A stretch of 64,000 bases of DNA from the human T2T-CHM13v2.0 reference genome, Homo sapiens, in assembly GCF_009914755.1 (NCBI RefSeq), contig NC_060933.1; one strand, written 5' to 3'. Position 1 is the first letter of the stretch; every line of letters starts with the position of its first letter. The notes beneath the pieces are model-generated. The model was not told where the DNA came from, searched no databases, and worked only from the letters and a program-made list of their open reading frames with translations. The position numbers were made by a program, and so were the translations under genes. Below are positions 62,741 through 64,000 of this stretch, in pieces.

Positions 62741-64000
62741 CCTATACTAGATTTTCAAAAATTTGCCCTATCAGTGGGTTGTCTAAACAATATTGCATTG
62801 TCAAAAACTTTGAACCCATTACCCTTTTACATCACAATGGTAAAATATCTTTGGCAGCCGTCAGCATAAATCAGATAGAATTATATATAAGGAAATTTAT
62901 TATCTCACAACACTGGAAGTCCAACGATAAGCTTCAAGGTTGAATTAATTCTAAAGAATTTATTTTGGTTTACTTCTCTATGATTTTTCCTCTATCCTCA
63001 GGCTAGTAGTCAGAGAAATGTCTCATACTTCTGAACAAGATTCAAAAACGGATTAACAAAAAGTATATAGCATCTCTTCCTGGGGAGCTATTAGCATTAA
63101 AATAATCACAAAGACCTCAGGAAACTATTATATTTAATTAAATCCCATGCCCATTTATAAATGAATGTCTATCTAAAGGCAATATCATGCAATCATTGAC
63201 TTAGTTCTATGACTCAAACAAGAAAGATAAGATGACTATGATCAGCTTAGGCTACCAGAGCACACAGGATGCCGGAACCTACTTACAACACGAAGTGAAA
63301 GAGGTGGAAGGAACTTTGTGGGGAGAAGACCTATGTTCACTAGAAATCTTTTTGATATTTACCACACATATCAACATAATAAATGTTCTGAGAGCTCCTA
63401 AATTAAAGAAACCCATTTAATTTCAAACATCTAAATATTTTCCAAAATTATATGACTGTGGTTGTTTCATAAGGTAGTTATTAGCATAGCAGAATACAAA
63501 AATGTCCATTGCAAAATTTGGAGATATTTTGTTCTATCTTAATAATTATCAAAATAAATTATAGGAAATAAAAATTGTTTCCTAGCACGCACACACATAC
63601 AGTCATACGACAGCATAAACTGCAAATCTGTGGCTAAAAGGTTTACAAGTTATTTATCATTTGATTTTGACATACAACGGAATTTGTACAGTGACTGAAA
63701 TACATCTGAGCAATGTTCTGACTAAAGCTGCACGAAATTACAAAGATTTAAGTATGGTCAATGAAGAACTTGGAAACAAAACCTGCAAAAGTAATTTAAA
63801 ATTATCTGTCATTAAATCTGTTGAAATTCATAATCTCAAGTAATATCCCTTGATTTACTTTCTTTTATATATGTGTTTGCCATTGTAATTCAAGACTTTT
63901 ACTCAAAAATTGTAGAAAGAAATTCTACTCAGTATGTCTTCCACACATCATCTAAAATCTGTCAAAAAATCTAGGAATAGTAGTGTCTGAACTTGTGATG

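Overview
This is AT-rich, repeat-dense hominoid (human/great-ape-like) genomic DNA; the SVA, AluS, L1PA, THE1, MLT2A and MER41 elements point to that lineage. I see no intact protein-coding gene, RNA gene or CRISPR array. Nearly all ORFs in the supplied track are decayed LINE-1 ORF1/ORF2 pieces, SVA VNTR read-throughs, Alu frames or chance ORFs. Main contents: (1) a full-length but inactivated L1PA4/5-like element (7047-13132, minus, 14-bp TSD); (2) a nested stack at 14.4-20.3 kb, where a rearranged L1PA11-13-like element hosts an SVA_A-like element, two Alus and an MLT2A LTR that itself hosts an Alu and has a locally generated fold-back hairpin; (3) an old processed pseudogene of ZYG11A (minus, ~23.1-24.5 kb) whose two internal gaps suggest an exon-skipped source mRNA; (4) a second nest at 32.6-45.2 kb (old L1M > L1PA15/16 > complete THE1C provirus); (5) many solo LTRs, several with readable TSDs. 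I found no convincing new multi-gene system. The strongest leads are the splice isoform preserved in the ZYG11A retrocopy, the MLT2A hairpin, the inverted/deleted L1 and candidate DUX4/CTCF motifs in repeats. Subfamily names and the ZYG11A comparison rely on recalled sequences and need RepeatMasker/BLAST confirmation.
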